Translations under genes and position numbers: made by a program
The notes under the pieces: model-generated
Database searches by the model: none
The model's input: the letters and a program-made list of their open reading frames with translations, nothing else
Told to the model about the DNA's origin: nothing
Virus record (IMG/VR): IMGVR_UViG_3300037400_003843
Location: 1 to 64,000 of that record
DNA: 64,000 nucleotides
Direction: 5' to 3' (one strand)
Origin: a virus
Lineage: Duplodnaviria; Caudoviricetes
Shown here: one piece after another, positions 1-8,668 of the stretch
Layout of the letters: each line of letters starts with the position of its first letter
Position numbering within the stretch: position 1 is the first letter of the stretch

Positions 1-56
1 GTGTGGTTAAGACGCGTCACCACGAACACAAGTTTAACATGAAATTCTAACCTATT

Positions 57-974
57 ATGGCAGACGAAAAAACTATAATCATGCCCGAAGGCCAGAACAA
101 CGGCTGGGGCAACATTCCTGCCGTCCTTGCCCTGAACGGCTTGGGCTACAACAACGGCTACAATAACGGAGGATTCTTCGGCGGAAACGGCTCTGGTTTC
201 GGCGCCGGTATTCTCGGTGGTCTCCTTGGTGGCCTCATCTGGAACGGAATCGGCTTCGGTAACTGGGGCATGGGCAACTGGGGTAACGGCGGAAACGGTG
301 CCGCTGCTGCATCCCTCGGCGCCCAGGCGACGGCTATCGGTAACACCGAAACCATCCTCCGCGCCATCGACGGAACTGACAGCGACGTGCGCCTCCTGGC
401 CACCACCCTCAACAGCGATGTCAACACCGTGAAGACCAACCTCGCAACCTTGCAGAACGGCCTCACTGCTCTGACTGGACAGACCGGCCTCTCCGCGCAG
501 CAGATCATCAACGCAATCCAGGCCGGTGACGCTAGCCTCGCTGCAAGCCTGTGCCAGTGCTGCTGCGAGATGAAGCAGCTCGTCACCTCCCAGGGCTACG
601 AGAACCAGATTCGCACCCTCCAGCAGACCGAGACTCTCGGCGGCGCCATCGCCGACCTGAAGTCCACGATGATCGAGCAGTTCTGCAACCAGGAGCGCCG
701 CGAGATGCAGGCCACCATTACCCGCCAGGGCGATGTTATCACCCAGCTGCGTAACGAGGCCGACAACGCTCGGCAGACGAGCGCCTTCGCTGCTATGCTC
801 GCCCCTATCGCGCAGGAGGTCAACGACATCAAGTGCAAACTTCCGAACACGGTACCCGTAACTTACCCGAACATCACTGCAGTGAACAACACTCCGTACA
901 TGGGCGGGTTCCTCGGCGGATTCAATGGTTTCGGCTACGGTCCAGGCTGGGGCAACGGCAGCTACTGGGGCTAA
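57..974 (+). CDS. Gly/Asn-rich N-terminus, heptad-repeat and CQCCC protein of unknown function
   Basis: 305 aa ORF; Gly-rich hydrophobic segment GILGGLLGGLIWNGIGFG, CQCCC motif, Gly-rich C-terminal tail; strong phage-like codon use. Confidence 0.9.
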   Translation: MADEKTIIMPEGQNNGWGNIPAVLALNGLGYNNGYNNGGFFGGNGSGFGAGILGGLLGGLIWNGIGFGNWGMGNWGNGGNGAAAASLGAQATAIGNTETILRAIDGTDSDVRLLATTLNSDVNTVKTNLATLQNGLTALTGQTGLSAQQIINAIQAGDASLAASLCQCCCEMKQLVTSQGYENQIRTLQQTETLGGAIADLKSTMIEQFCNQERREMQATITRQGDVITQLRNEADNARQTSAFAAMLAPIAQEVNDIKCKLPNTVPVTYPNITAVNNTPYMGGFLGGFNGFGYGPGWGNGSYWG

Positions 975-982
975 TCGTTAAC

Positions 983-1016
983 TGAATAGGCGGGGTGTAA
1001 AAACTCTGCCTATTCA
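983..1016 (+). other. Intergenic stem-loop (no U-tract; possible RNA stability or processing element)
   Basis: tgaataggcgggg ... ctctgcctattca inverted repeat. Confidence 0.6.
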
Positions 1017-1032
1017 TAAAACCTATCGAATT

Positions 1033-1371
1033 ATGGCAAGATGGCCCTTTCAGTATGTGAATATTAACGGAATCCCAACGATTCAGTCGCGTTCCGTTAC
1101 GGTGTCCGAAACCTCGGTTGACTTCAAGTTCAACCCCGACTGGGACCGCAGGCCGTTCCGTGGGCTGATCCTCGTGTACCTTTCCGAGGAAATACCCGCT
1201 GGGACTACAACCACGCTTCCGATTCGGTTCTCCATGGGCGGCGGTACGAGCAATGTAACGCTGGCCGGCGGCGCTAACTGGACGGTAGCCGACATTCCTG
1301 GACCTGGTGTCTACCTTCTGTACTACGACAGGCTTGCTGACACCCTCCAGCTTCTCAACACGACAATTTAA
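1033..1371 (+). CDS. Hypothetical beta-rich protein
   Basis: 112 aa ORF co-oriented in the operon, AT-rich upstream region. Confidence 0.85.
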   Translation: MARWPFQYVNINGIPTIQSRSVTVSETSVDFKFNPDWDRRPFRGLILVYLSEEIPAGTTTTLPIRFSMGGGTSNVTLAGGANWTVADIPGPGVYLLYYDRLADTLQLLNTTI

Positions 1372-1391
1372 CAAACAAAATTCAAACAACT

Positions 1392-1904
1392 ATGCTCAGT
1401 GCACTTAGGCCCGGAACGCCCGTCTATGTTCTTTATAAGAACGAACCGCGATTTGCGGTCGCAAAGGTTTCTCAAGTGAGCAACCAATACCCGAACCTTA
1501 CACCACAGCAGCCGTTGATACCAGGAAACAACCTGGCTGTCAACATGGCGATTGAGGTGGACGGTAAAATTGAAAACTACGAGAGGATTCCTCTCAACTC
1601 ATCGATAGCAGAGTTCCCTGATAGGGGCGTGCTCATCAGCGAGACAAGGGATGGAATTATCAACGAAGTGAACGCAATCAAAAGCGCGAGCGTCACGGCG
1701 CTCCAGCAAGTAGATATGCACAAAAACGTGATAGCCTCCTGCGACAAACTTCTCTTCGACCTTAATCCTCAACTCCGAAAGGAACAGGAACAGGCCGCTG
1801 AGATAGCCACTCTAAAGGAGCAGCTAAACGGTATGAGCGAGCAGATTGCAGCCCTGACGGGAATGCTGTCTAAGTCGCTGGGCAAAAAACCTAAGGAGGA
1901 ATAG
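1392..1904 (+). CDS. Hypothetical protein with C-terminal coiled coil
   Basis: 170 aa ORF; heptads EIATLKEQLNGMSEQIAALTGML. Confidence 0.85.
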   Translation: MLSALRPGTPVYVLYKNEPRFAVAKVSQVSNQYPNLTPQQPLIPGNNLAVNMAIEVDGKIENYERIPLNSSIAEFPDRGVLISETRDGIINEVNAIKSASVTALQQVDMHKNVIASCDKLLFDLNPQLRKEQEQAAEIATLKEQLNGMSEQIAALTGMLSKSLGKKPKEE

Positions 1905-1907
1905 AAA

Positions 1908-2153
1908 ATGTCTTACAGAGTAATCAGTTTCCGAGGCAGGAGCGAAAGTCGCGAGTTTGACGAGGCTCTTGAAATGGCCAAGGAGGGCATGGCCCGCGTT
2001 TGCGAGCTGGCCGAAGAGATGCGTGACCGTTACGGTGAGCGCGGAAACTACGGCATGCGCGGCAGCTATGGCCGGCGCGACCACGAAGACTGGGAAGACG
2101 ACGACATGTACGGCGAACGCCGTATGCGCGATTCCAGAGGTCGCTACCGCTAG
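1908..2153 (+). CDS. Small Arg/Gly/Asp-rich low-complexity protein
   Basis: 81 aa; YGERG..YGRRD..YGERRMRDSRGRYR repeats. Confidence 0.8.
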   Translation: MSYRVISFRGRSESREFDEALEMAKEGMARVCELAEEMRDRYGERGNYGMRGSYGRRDHEDWEDDDMYGERRMRDSRGRYR

Positions 2154-2199
2154 TGTACAACCTGGGGCGGGGAAACTCGCCCCTTAATAAAAGAAAATT

Positions 2200-2607
2200 A
2201 TGGCAAGATTAGACGATTATGATTATGACCGCATGCCTCACGGAATGCGCGAATATTTAAGTTACCACGGCTATCACTTTTCTAAGCCTATGTGCGAGTG
2301 GGCGATTGGTATGATGAGAGACCGTAACGGAAATAAGGTACAGATGCGTACGAAGGACCAGGTGGACTCCGTGCTAAAAGCGAATAACGCCTGGGTCGAG
2401 GACGCAAAGGGTTATGACGCAGTGTTTACCCTGCATATGGCGATTTCCGATTTCCTCGGAAGTTCAGTCCCAGATGAGGCACACGCTGCCATGTATGTGA
2501 AAGACCTGCTTGGAGACAAAGACGGTTACGACGGGATTGTGTTTACCCGATTCTTAGCCGACTGCTCTGCTAAAGGCATTCCAATCCCGTGGGGAGAATT
2601 ACTTTAA
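2200..2607 (+). CDS. Hypothetical protein
   Basis: 135 aa ORF following a hairpin at about 2163-2182. Confidence 0.85.
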   Translation: MARLDDYDYDRMPHGMREYLSYHGYHFSKPMCEWAIGMMRDRNGNKVQMRTKDQVDSVLKANNAWVEDAKGYDAVFTLHMAISDFLGSSVPDEAHAAMYVKDLLGDKDGYDGIVFTRFLADCSAKGIPIPWGELL

Positions 2608-3218
2608 TCGGCATAGCGCCATTTACATCCGTGGTGGTGAGAATATTTGCCGACGATACAGCAACGAATGCTTCTTTCACAGAACCCAGCAAGTACCGCG
2701 TCTTGCATTGATGCAAATGTTTTTTCTGTGCCGTCCGGGCAAACACAAATAACCCTCTTGGCTCGAATTCGTTTGCCGTAAAAATAGCAATTTGTACCAG
2801 ATTTTACTTTTGATATATGTTGCTTTGTGATTGGATTGTTTGCATTCTCGGTAATCGTAACCCATCTTAAGTTTTCAACACGATTATCAAAAGTGTTGGT
2901 GTTAATGTGGTCAATGCATGGCTTGTTGTCTGGGTTGTCAATGAAGGCCAGCGCGACAGCCTTATGAAGATAAATTCTGGGCGGCATCCCATCGCGATAA
3001 GCACTGAATCCGAGGTACTTTCGGCCAGGACCGCTACCACTTTGTTTTCGAATTCGCTCCTTAATATAGTGGATACTTCCGTCCTTGTGAATACTTATTC
3101 TCGCTACGGACTTGGCCCGAGCAAGATTCGACACTTGATAATACCCTTCCCACCCAGGGATATCCTTCCAGACCTCGCCAGGCATGTCTTCGAGAGACAG
3201 ATTTTGATACGGTAACAT
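2604..3218 (-). CDS. NUMOD4-HNH-NUMOD1 homing endonuclease
   Basis: EVWKDIPGWEGYYQVSN (NUMOD4), IDHINTNTFDNRVENLRWVT (HNH), C-terminal HTH ending GCKWRY. Confidence 0.92.
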   Translation of the reverse strand: MLPYQNLSLEDMPGEVWKDIPGWEGYYQVSNLARAKSVARISIHKDGSIHYIKERIRKQSGSGPGRKYLGFSAYRDGMPPRIYLHKAVALAFIDNPDNKPCIDHINTNTFDNRVENLRWVTITENANNPITKQHISKVKSGTNCYFYGKRIRAKRVICVCPDGTEKTFASMQDAVLAGFCERSIRCCIVGKYSHHHGCKWRYAD

Positions 3219-3254
3219 AGAACAACGGTTTATATGTGAGCAACGGAAAAATAA

Positions 3255-3324
3255 AGAGCGGAAGGCGCCGTTGCTTCGCTTTTCGGAGGGTAGCTACTCC
3301 CGTCCTATCCGCTCTACAAAGATA
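3255..3324 (-). ncRNA. Promoter (TATCTTTG) plus structured leader, family B copy 1
   Basis: Minus strand agagcGGATAGGacgggAGTAGCTAccctCCGA...CCTTCCgctct; outer stem agagcgga/tccgctct; matches copy at 10123. Confidence 0.7.
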
Positions 3325-3334
3325 AGAAAAAATT

Positions 3335-3739
3335 GTGATAATTCGCAAAGTTCGCATACATGATTGGACGATTTTGTTCCTGTTCTCCTTCGACCGGTAC
3401 GATATGGAGCGCATCTACGACGCCCTGTTCTGGGTAAACGCGCCCGATTCTATCATTTCACAAGTGTCAGAGAACGTGTATGCCGGTCGCTTGAATGAGG
3501 GCTTCACATACAGCGAACCCTCACTCAGGCGCACTGTTTTCGCGACGGGTATTGCCGAAAATGGCCCGGAGGTTCTGGATAGTGTCGTCCATGAGATAAT
3601 CCACATCTGTCAGCACGTCGCCATCGAGGACGGAATGGATCCTTTCGGCGAAGCCTTTGCTTACTTGGGAGGAGATATCTCGCGAGAGATAAGTGATATA
3701 GTATGCGAGCTTTCCTGCCCGCATTGCAGTGGCGCCTGA
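3335..3739 (+). CDS. HExxH-containing putative metallopeptidase-like protein
   Basis: 134 aa; VVHEIIH motif, downstream E, C-terminal CPHC. Confidence 0.7.
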   Translation: MIIRKVRIHDWTILFLFSFDRYDMERIYDALFWVNAPDSIISQVSENVYAGRLNEGFTYSEPSLRRTVFATGIAENGPEVLDSVVHEIIHICQHVAIEDGMDPFGEAFAYLGGDISREISDIVCELSCPHCSGA

Positions 3740-3758
3740 GGCAAGTTTCGGCCCTGCA

Positions 3759-3793
3759 AAAAGCCCCGGGGTTATGCGGTTCCCTGGGGCTTT
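3759..3793. terminator. Bidirectional intrinsic terminator between convergent arms
   Basis: aaagccccggg...cctggggcttt hairpin flanked by A and T runs. Confidence 0.7.
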
Positions 3794-4344
3794 CCTTCTC
3801 TATAGGCCTTGAGCTCTTTCTCAAATGCTTCCGTGTGGCAGAATCCGCAGCATTTCATCTCAGGGCAGAATCCCCTGTAGACGCACTGCCGGACCATGAC
3901 CTGTGCCATCTCCGGGTCGATCTTTTCAACCTCGTTCTTGACGGCCTGCCAGGCCTCTCGTGTTTCTTTCGATGCGCAATTGCATAAGCGCTTCCTGGAG
4001 ATGTTTATCATGGCTTGGGCGTTAATGACGAAATCCTGGTCATTAAGAGAACCTTGCGGCATATAGTCCCTGGGGACCGGGTTGTCCCTCCTGTCGGCCC
4101 GCTGGGAGTGGATGAACGGAAGAATAAACGGGTGGCGAAGCAGGTGAACCCCGACCCATTGCCGGAGCGCCTTGAACTGAATCAGATATTCGACCAGCTT
4201 TATCTGGCTGTGCTCTGCGTACAGGCTCCTGAGTTTGAATTCACGGGAAGGCTCCTTATCCAATGGCTCCTTGCCCATGGTCCGGCGGGCCGCATTCAGC
4301 GCACGCTTCCAGCCGGTCTCGTTTGTTACCTTGACCTCTATCAT
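3772..4344 (-). CDS. thyX: Flavin-dependent thymidylate synthase (ThyX family)
   Basis: AEHS motif, RH-x8-SQR (ThyX RHRx7SxR spacing), NAQAMINISRKRLC. Confidence 0.8.
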   Translation of the reverse strand: MIEVKVTNETGWKRALNAARRTMGKEPLDKEPSREFKLRSLYAEHSQIKLVEYLIQFKALRQWVGVHLLRHPFILPFIHSQRADRRDNPVPRDYMPQGSLNDQDFVINAQAMINISRKRLCNCASKETREAWQAVKNEVEKIDPEMAQVMVRQCVYRGFCPEMKCCGFCHTEAFEKELKAYREGKPQGTA

Positions 4345-4667
4345 ACCTCGTCAATGTAACCGTTATACCTATCCAGCGACCTACGAATCCTTTGCTGAGC
4401 CAGGCCGATAATGTCGAGAACATCGGCCGCGTCTTCGGTGGCGAGCCGGTCGGTCAAATCCGAGTTCTCTATTGACTGCAGGATGAGCAGGCATTTCGGA
4501 ACTCCCATGAACTTGCAGAACCGCTCGATAGTAGCCTGTTTTGGTACGGACTGTCCGGACTCGAGTGCCCGGAGCGCCTGAGGAGATATGCCAATCTCCC
4601 TTGCAAGGGTTACTTGCTTCGTGCCGGCTTCCTTTCGTATCCGGCGCATTGTTTTACCTATATTCAT
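4341..4667 (-). CDS. XRE-family helix-turn-helix regulator
   Basis: IGKTMRRIRKEAGTKQVTLAREIGISPQALRALESG. Confidence 0.85.
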   Translation of the reverse strand: MNIGKTMRRIRKEAGTKQVTLAREIGISPQALRALESGQSVPKQATIERFCKFMGVPKCLLILQSIENSDLTDRLATEDAADVLDIIGLAQQRIRRSLDRYNGYIDEV

Positions 4668-5026
4668 ATTTCTTTCTGTTTTTCCCTCTGAAGCCTTTTC
4701 TCCGTCGCAATGATGTGATATAGCCTCAAGAGGATGTTCTTCGATTTACGGCCGGTTCCGTAGCGTTTGTCGGCCTTTATGAGAGTGTCGACGCCAAGCG
4801 GTCGCAACATCCTACGATAATCGCTCCTGATAAGGACCATATACTTCCGGTCCAACTGGTATGCGTGACCGTTGATCCTGGCGCCTCCGGTCCAGCGTGC
4901 AATAGAAAGAGCACCGGACATCCATTCGCTTTCCGTCAGTAGTATTCTGTTTGTTGTAGTCATAGCGGTTAATTGGCACCCCGGCCGGCAATCACGCCAT
5001 GCCGGGGCGATTTTTACTGAGAACAA
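4664..5026 (-). CDS. Hypothetical protein
   Basis: ORF with stop/start overlap in the minus-strand operon; true start probably an internal Met. Confidence 0.65.
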   Translation of the reverse strand: MFSVKIAPAWRDCRPGCQLTAMTTTNRILLTESEWMSGALSIARWTGGARINGHAYQLDRKYMVLIRSDYRRMLRPLGVDTLIKADKRYGTGRKSKNILLRLYHIIATEKRLQREKQKEI

Positions 5027-5038
5027 AAGCCGGATTGG

Positions 5039-5248
5039 TTACCGGGCCGTGTCCTTTTCACGGCGGTTAATGGGTTGAAAACTTGTGTTGGCGGATATAT
5101 GACCGCTATATGCTTCGTTGTAGATTATTCCGTTTCGAACGACGACATGTCCTGATACCTTGACAATCTTGCCGCGAAACTCGTGGTTCGGACCGAATAC
5201 CTCACTGTATTCTTTCCACTCCTGTGTTCCTTTCTTTCTTGCTTTCAT
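5039..5248 (-). CDS. Hypothetical protein
   Basis: 69 aa, ATGA-type overlap with neighbour. Confidence 0.6.
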   Translation of the reverse strand: MKARKKGTQEWKEYSEVFGPNHEFRGKIVKVSGHVVVRNGIIYNEAYSGHISANTSFQPINRREKDTAR

Positions 5249-5550
5249 TTCTTTCTCTGTTCATTAAAGCGTTTCAAAACTTCCTCATAAAATGGCCTTG
5301 TCTTATAGCCATCATTGTAGCCCTCGCCGACCATATTCATAATAATGTTATCCAGCTTAACAACCTGCTCCAAGGTCAGCGCAAGGTCTTTCTCGGCCCG
5401 TTCATAACCCTGTATGTAAACCTCCCGCGCCTGAATGTTTTCGTCAAATTCGTGCGTATCAAAGTTGGTTCTGACGAGTTGTACGGGCCGAGCCTCTAAC
5501 GCCGCCTCTTTCGCTCGTTTACTCATGGCTTTCATCCTTGATTTGGTCAC
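5245..5550 (-). CDS. Hypothetical protein
   Basis: 101 aa; YIQGYERA motif typical of small phage proteins. Confidence 0.7.
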   Translation of the reverse strand: MTKSRMKAMSKRAKEAALEARPVQLVRTNFDTHEFDENIQAREVYIQGYERAEKDLALTLEQVVKLDNIIMNMVGEGYNDGYKTRPFYEEVLKRFNEQRKK

Positions 5551-5740
5551 TAAGATTACCCACTACTGTTTCTCCCTTTTCGTTTGACATACAAAAATCA
5601 GAGTGATAATAATTATTCGTTATCAGTTCATACATATCCATCATAGTGTGAAAGTCTTCAATGGAAATGTTGAGTTCCAGTGCTGGTGTTATGTATATCA
5701 CCCGGCTTGCTGTTATTGACATTGAACAAGATGGCTTCAT
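5519..5740 (-). CDS. Hypothetical protein
   Basis: 73 aa filling the gap; ATGA overlap with the 5737 gene. Confidence 0.45.
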   Translation of the reverse strand: MKPSCSMSITASRVIYITPALELNISIEDFHTMMDMYELITNNYYHSDFCMSNEKGETVVGNLSDQIKDESHE

Positions 5741-6786
5741 TTCTCATCCTCCTTGAGTCTTGGAAGTTTTTCAAGGGCAGATAGTGGCGCTTCATAAACA
5801 TCATTTAGTGTGTCATTCATTTCCAGATACCTTCCATTGATGGTAAATTTTGTTTCAGATGAATAATTGTTTCCGCGATCGATTTTCCTCCACTTCGGCA
5901 ATTCCTTCATGGCCGCATCCTTGAGCCTTGTGGCATACGCCTCAGCAATTTCCTCAATCTCTTTCCAGTTCGGGCAGGTATAGAGGTTACACATAAACTC
6001 TATGAGGTTGTAGGGGATGCTATCTTTGTCCAGCCCCGACTTGACGAGATTTTCCGTAAGCTCTGTGGCGCGGGTTCTCAAGGCTTCGGCTTTACCATGT
6101 TCTCTTGACATCTGTACATATTCTTTAAGAACAGTATCATTTGCAAAAAGTTCTTCACGGGCGAGGGCAAGGAGTTTTTCGGCATGTCCTCTACATATGG
6201 CCCATATCGCAGAGTTATCTCCAACCTCTTTTTCTACCGCCTCTTTAACAATATCACCTAAGACTTTCTCAAATTCCGTCAGTTCTTTATTCGCCTTATC
6301 TACATTCTCCGAAACCGCCTTCATTACTTCGGGAGAAACCTTCTTCACCGCATCGTGAAAGGCTTTCTTCTCAATGACATATCCGTCTTTGATGAACTGC
6401 TCGCGTGCAAGGGCGATAAGTTCGGCGGCGTATTCTTTCACAAACGCACTGGTTGGCTTTTGAGGTTCGACGACAGACAAAGAAATAGCGTATCCGACAA
6501 CATCAGATAACTTCTTCTCGAACTCGCTCAACTCCGGCTCCGGCGTGATGATGAAAAGGTCATACGCTTTATCCGGCACGTATTTCTTACCAGATTGGTG
6601 ATAGTAATACACGGCCTCCCCTCCGTCTTCTGGAACTAAGACACATAGATTTAAATCATCATCGGTGTCTTCCTTTGCAATCCTATCCCAGCAAACAATT
6701 CTCACCGGCCTTCCATCCCTGGTTTCCACCTTATACTCCCCGCTTTCAATCTGGGGCCTGTACTTAATGTCAAATTGCTTTTTCAT
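5737..6786 (-). CDS. Modular hypothetical protein
   Basis: 349 aa; internal repeats ELSEFEKKL / ELTEFEKVL and ELIALAREQF / KLLALAREELF. Confidence 0.85.
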   Translation of the reverse strand: MKKQFDIKYRPQIESGEYKVETRDGRPVRIVCWDRIAKEDTDDDLNLCVLVPEDGGEAVYYYHQSGKKYVPDKAYDLFIITPEPELSEFEKKLSDVVGYAISLSVVEPQKPTSAFVKEYAAELIALAREQFIKDGYVIEKKAFHDAVKKVSPEVMKAVSENVDKANKELTEFEKVLGDIVKEAVEKEVGDNSAIWAICRGHAEKLLALAREELFANDTVLKEYVQMSREHGKAEALRTRATELTENLVKSGLDKDSIPYNLIEFMCNLYTCPNWKEIEEIAEAYATRLKDAAMKELPKWRKIDRGNNYSSETKFTINGRYLEMNDTLNDVYEAPLSALEKLPRLKEDEK

Positions 6787-6962
6787 ATCTCAAATAGTTT
6801 TGGTATAAATCTTATCTGGTGCTTCCATATTACTCTTCCTTTCTTGCATTAAAACTTAATATAGTTTTTATGTTTACTTCTGAAGCGTTTTGCATATAGC
6901 AATCCGGATTTCCATTCCCCGTAAGAACTATTCCCATTGATTTTTACTCTTGGTTTCATAGG

Positions 6963-7397
6963 CTAAATCGTTATTTCTTTTTCAATTCCACAATGCCGCA
7001 TAAAATGCTGTAATTCGTGCACCCAAGACAAGTGAATAGTCTGGTCTGGAATATTAAACTCGCAGGAATGATAAGTGACGATATAAAGACCATCGCTATA
7101 CTCCCAAATATCGAGGTCAAAGTAATCATCATAAATGCCATAGAATGTCTTTTTCTCAAAATTCTTCTCCAGGATTTCCGGGGTTAGTGGAATTGGCTCA
7201 AGATATTCGCACCAAATACCGCCTTCAAATTGGTCGTCATCCAATGGACGGCAATGAGCTGAACCTACAAGTCCTTTTTTCGCAAGCCTATCATCAGCAT
7301 CAACCGCTCGTACATCTACGATTGTGTTCTTTTTAATACACAAGCCATCACGGTTAACACGGACAAGGGCACCGACAAATAATTCTTCTGCTTTCAT
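6963..7397 (-). CDS. Hypothetical protein (PIPLTPEILEKN family)
   Basis: Start trimmed to MKAEELF; PIPLTPEILEKN...WVHELQH motif. Confidence 0.8.
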   Translation of the reverse strand: MKAEELFVGALVRVNRDGLCIKKNTIVDVRAVDADDRLAKKGLVGSAHCRPLDDDQFEGGIWCEYLEPIPLTPEILEKNFEKKTFYGIYDDYFDLDIWEYSDGLYIVTYHSCEFNIPDQTIHLSWVHELQHFMRHCGIEKEITI

Positions 7398-7399
7398 GG

Positions 7400-8002
7400 C
7401 TATAACTTTTTGAGGTCGTCGTGAATTGATTGTAAAATTTTCGCAAAGGCGGGGCAACATTGACTCTGTGCGCGAATTAATGTTATCATCTGTTCCTCAC
7501 TGGGCTTCCAATGACGGCTTTTTTCGCTCTGTATTCCGTCTTTTACTCCGCGTTCATACTCAAGGTTGCCAAACTTTGTGGCGTCTTTTATAGATATTGT
7601 ATGAGGCTGGGGACGGAGGGTTTTGAGCCAATTTGCTACATCATCATGACTGTATCTCCGCAATACTGCGATAGCAACTTTTAGCATAGCCTCATCCTTC
7701 TCGCTCCACTCTGCGGGCTTCTGCTCTTTCTGCTCAAATTCTTTACCATCTTCAAACCAAGCCTCAGAACATGGGAGTACTCGCGGAGTGGGCTTCTGCT
7801 CTTTCTTCTTTTCGAGGTAGGCAATGATGTTCTTAACAGGTATATTGCACCAAGTCTCCTTTGTCTTGCTTTTGAAATGCTCAACCATTTTCCGCCTTAT
7901 CCTCTCGTCCTCGCTCTCCTTTAACTCCGGGAACACCTCATCCATCGGCTTTCCCGCTTTTGCCCGCTCCAGGGCTTCTTCGTATTTTTCCTTGTAGTCC
8001 AT
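7400..8002 (-). CDS. Modular hypothetical protein
   Basis: MDYKEKYEEALERA, FPELKESEDERIR, EQKPAEWSE, HWKPSEEQM blocks. Confidence 0.85.
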   Translation of the reverse strand: MDYKEKYEEALERAKAGKPMDEVFPELKESEDERIRRKMVEHFKSKTKETWCNIPVKNIIAYLEKKKEQKPTPRVLPCSEAWFEDGKEFEQKEQKPAEWSEKDEAMLKVAIAVLRRYSHDDVANWLKTLRPQPHTISIKDATKFGNLEYERGVKDGIQSEKSRHWKPSEEQMITLIRAQSQCCPAFAKILQSIHDDLKKL

Positions 8003-8004
8003 AA

Positions 8005-8349
8005 CTAATCTTCTATAATTTCAATAATATTCGGGTACATGCCAAACATCTCGTTCCTGGCGCCTCTTGTCTTAAGCCGGTAGGTCTGGCCCTCTTTAAT
8101 CACGGAGACGCCATAGGCATAAGCGTTAATTCCGGTCAGCTCGATCTTGAACACTCCGCTGTCAGTATAGACCATGTAGTAGCAGTCTCCGGAATAGAAC
8201 CCTTGCTCCTTTGCGCCGAGGTTCCATATCCTCTCCACCTTTTCCACTTTGTACTCACCTTCCCTGGTGTAGCCGAGCTTGACCGATGCGGCCAGGGCGC
8301 TTATGGTAAAGATAGCTAAAAAGGCCATTACTTTCTCAATCTTTTTCAT
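8005..8349 (-). CDS. Secreted or membrane-anchored hypothetical protein
   Basis: N-terminal hydrophobic helix, OB-like beta region. Confidence 0.75.
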   Translation of the reverse strand: MKKIEKVMAFLAIFTISALAASVKLGYTREGEYKVEKVERIWNLGAKEQGFYSGDCYYMVYTDSGVFKIELTGINAYAYGVSVIKEGQTYRLKTRGARNEMFGMYPNIIEIIED

Positions 8350-8668
8350 ATTGTTTCCAGTTAATAGTGAAATCCTCAGTTACGCCAGCCTCTTCATCTT
8401 CATGGTCTTCCAGGTCCTTAACAAACTCAATCTTCTCAATCTGGACCGCATCGACATCTATGCTGTACTTAGGACTCTCGAAGCTGTAGTCGTATATGAG
8501 CTTCCTGGCATCCTCTTCCGTAGCGGCCCAGACCTCCACTTCCAAGTCGTCCCAGGTCGGCACTTCGATGTCATAGCATCCGGACCCGCGCCAGAAAGAC
8601 GGGCACTTCGGGTCCTCAATCGTATAGTGTCCATCAATGTGGACATTTGCATTGTATTGTTTTAACAT
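8336..8668 (-). CDS. Acidic hypothetical protein
   Basis: 110 aa, very Asp/Glu-rich; EVEVWAATEEDARK. Confidence 0.75.
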   Translation of the reverse strand: MLKQYNANVHIDGHYTIEDPKCPSFWRGSGCYDIEVPTWDDLEVEVWAATEEDARKLIYDYSFESPKYSIDVDAVQIEKIEFVKDLEDHEDEEAGVTEDFTINWKQYEKD

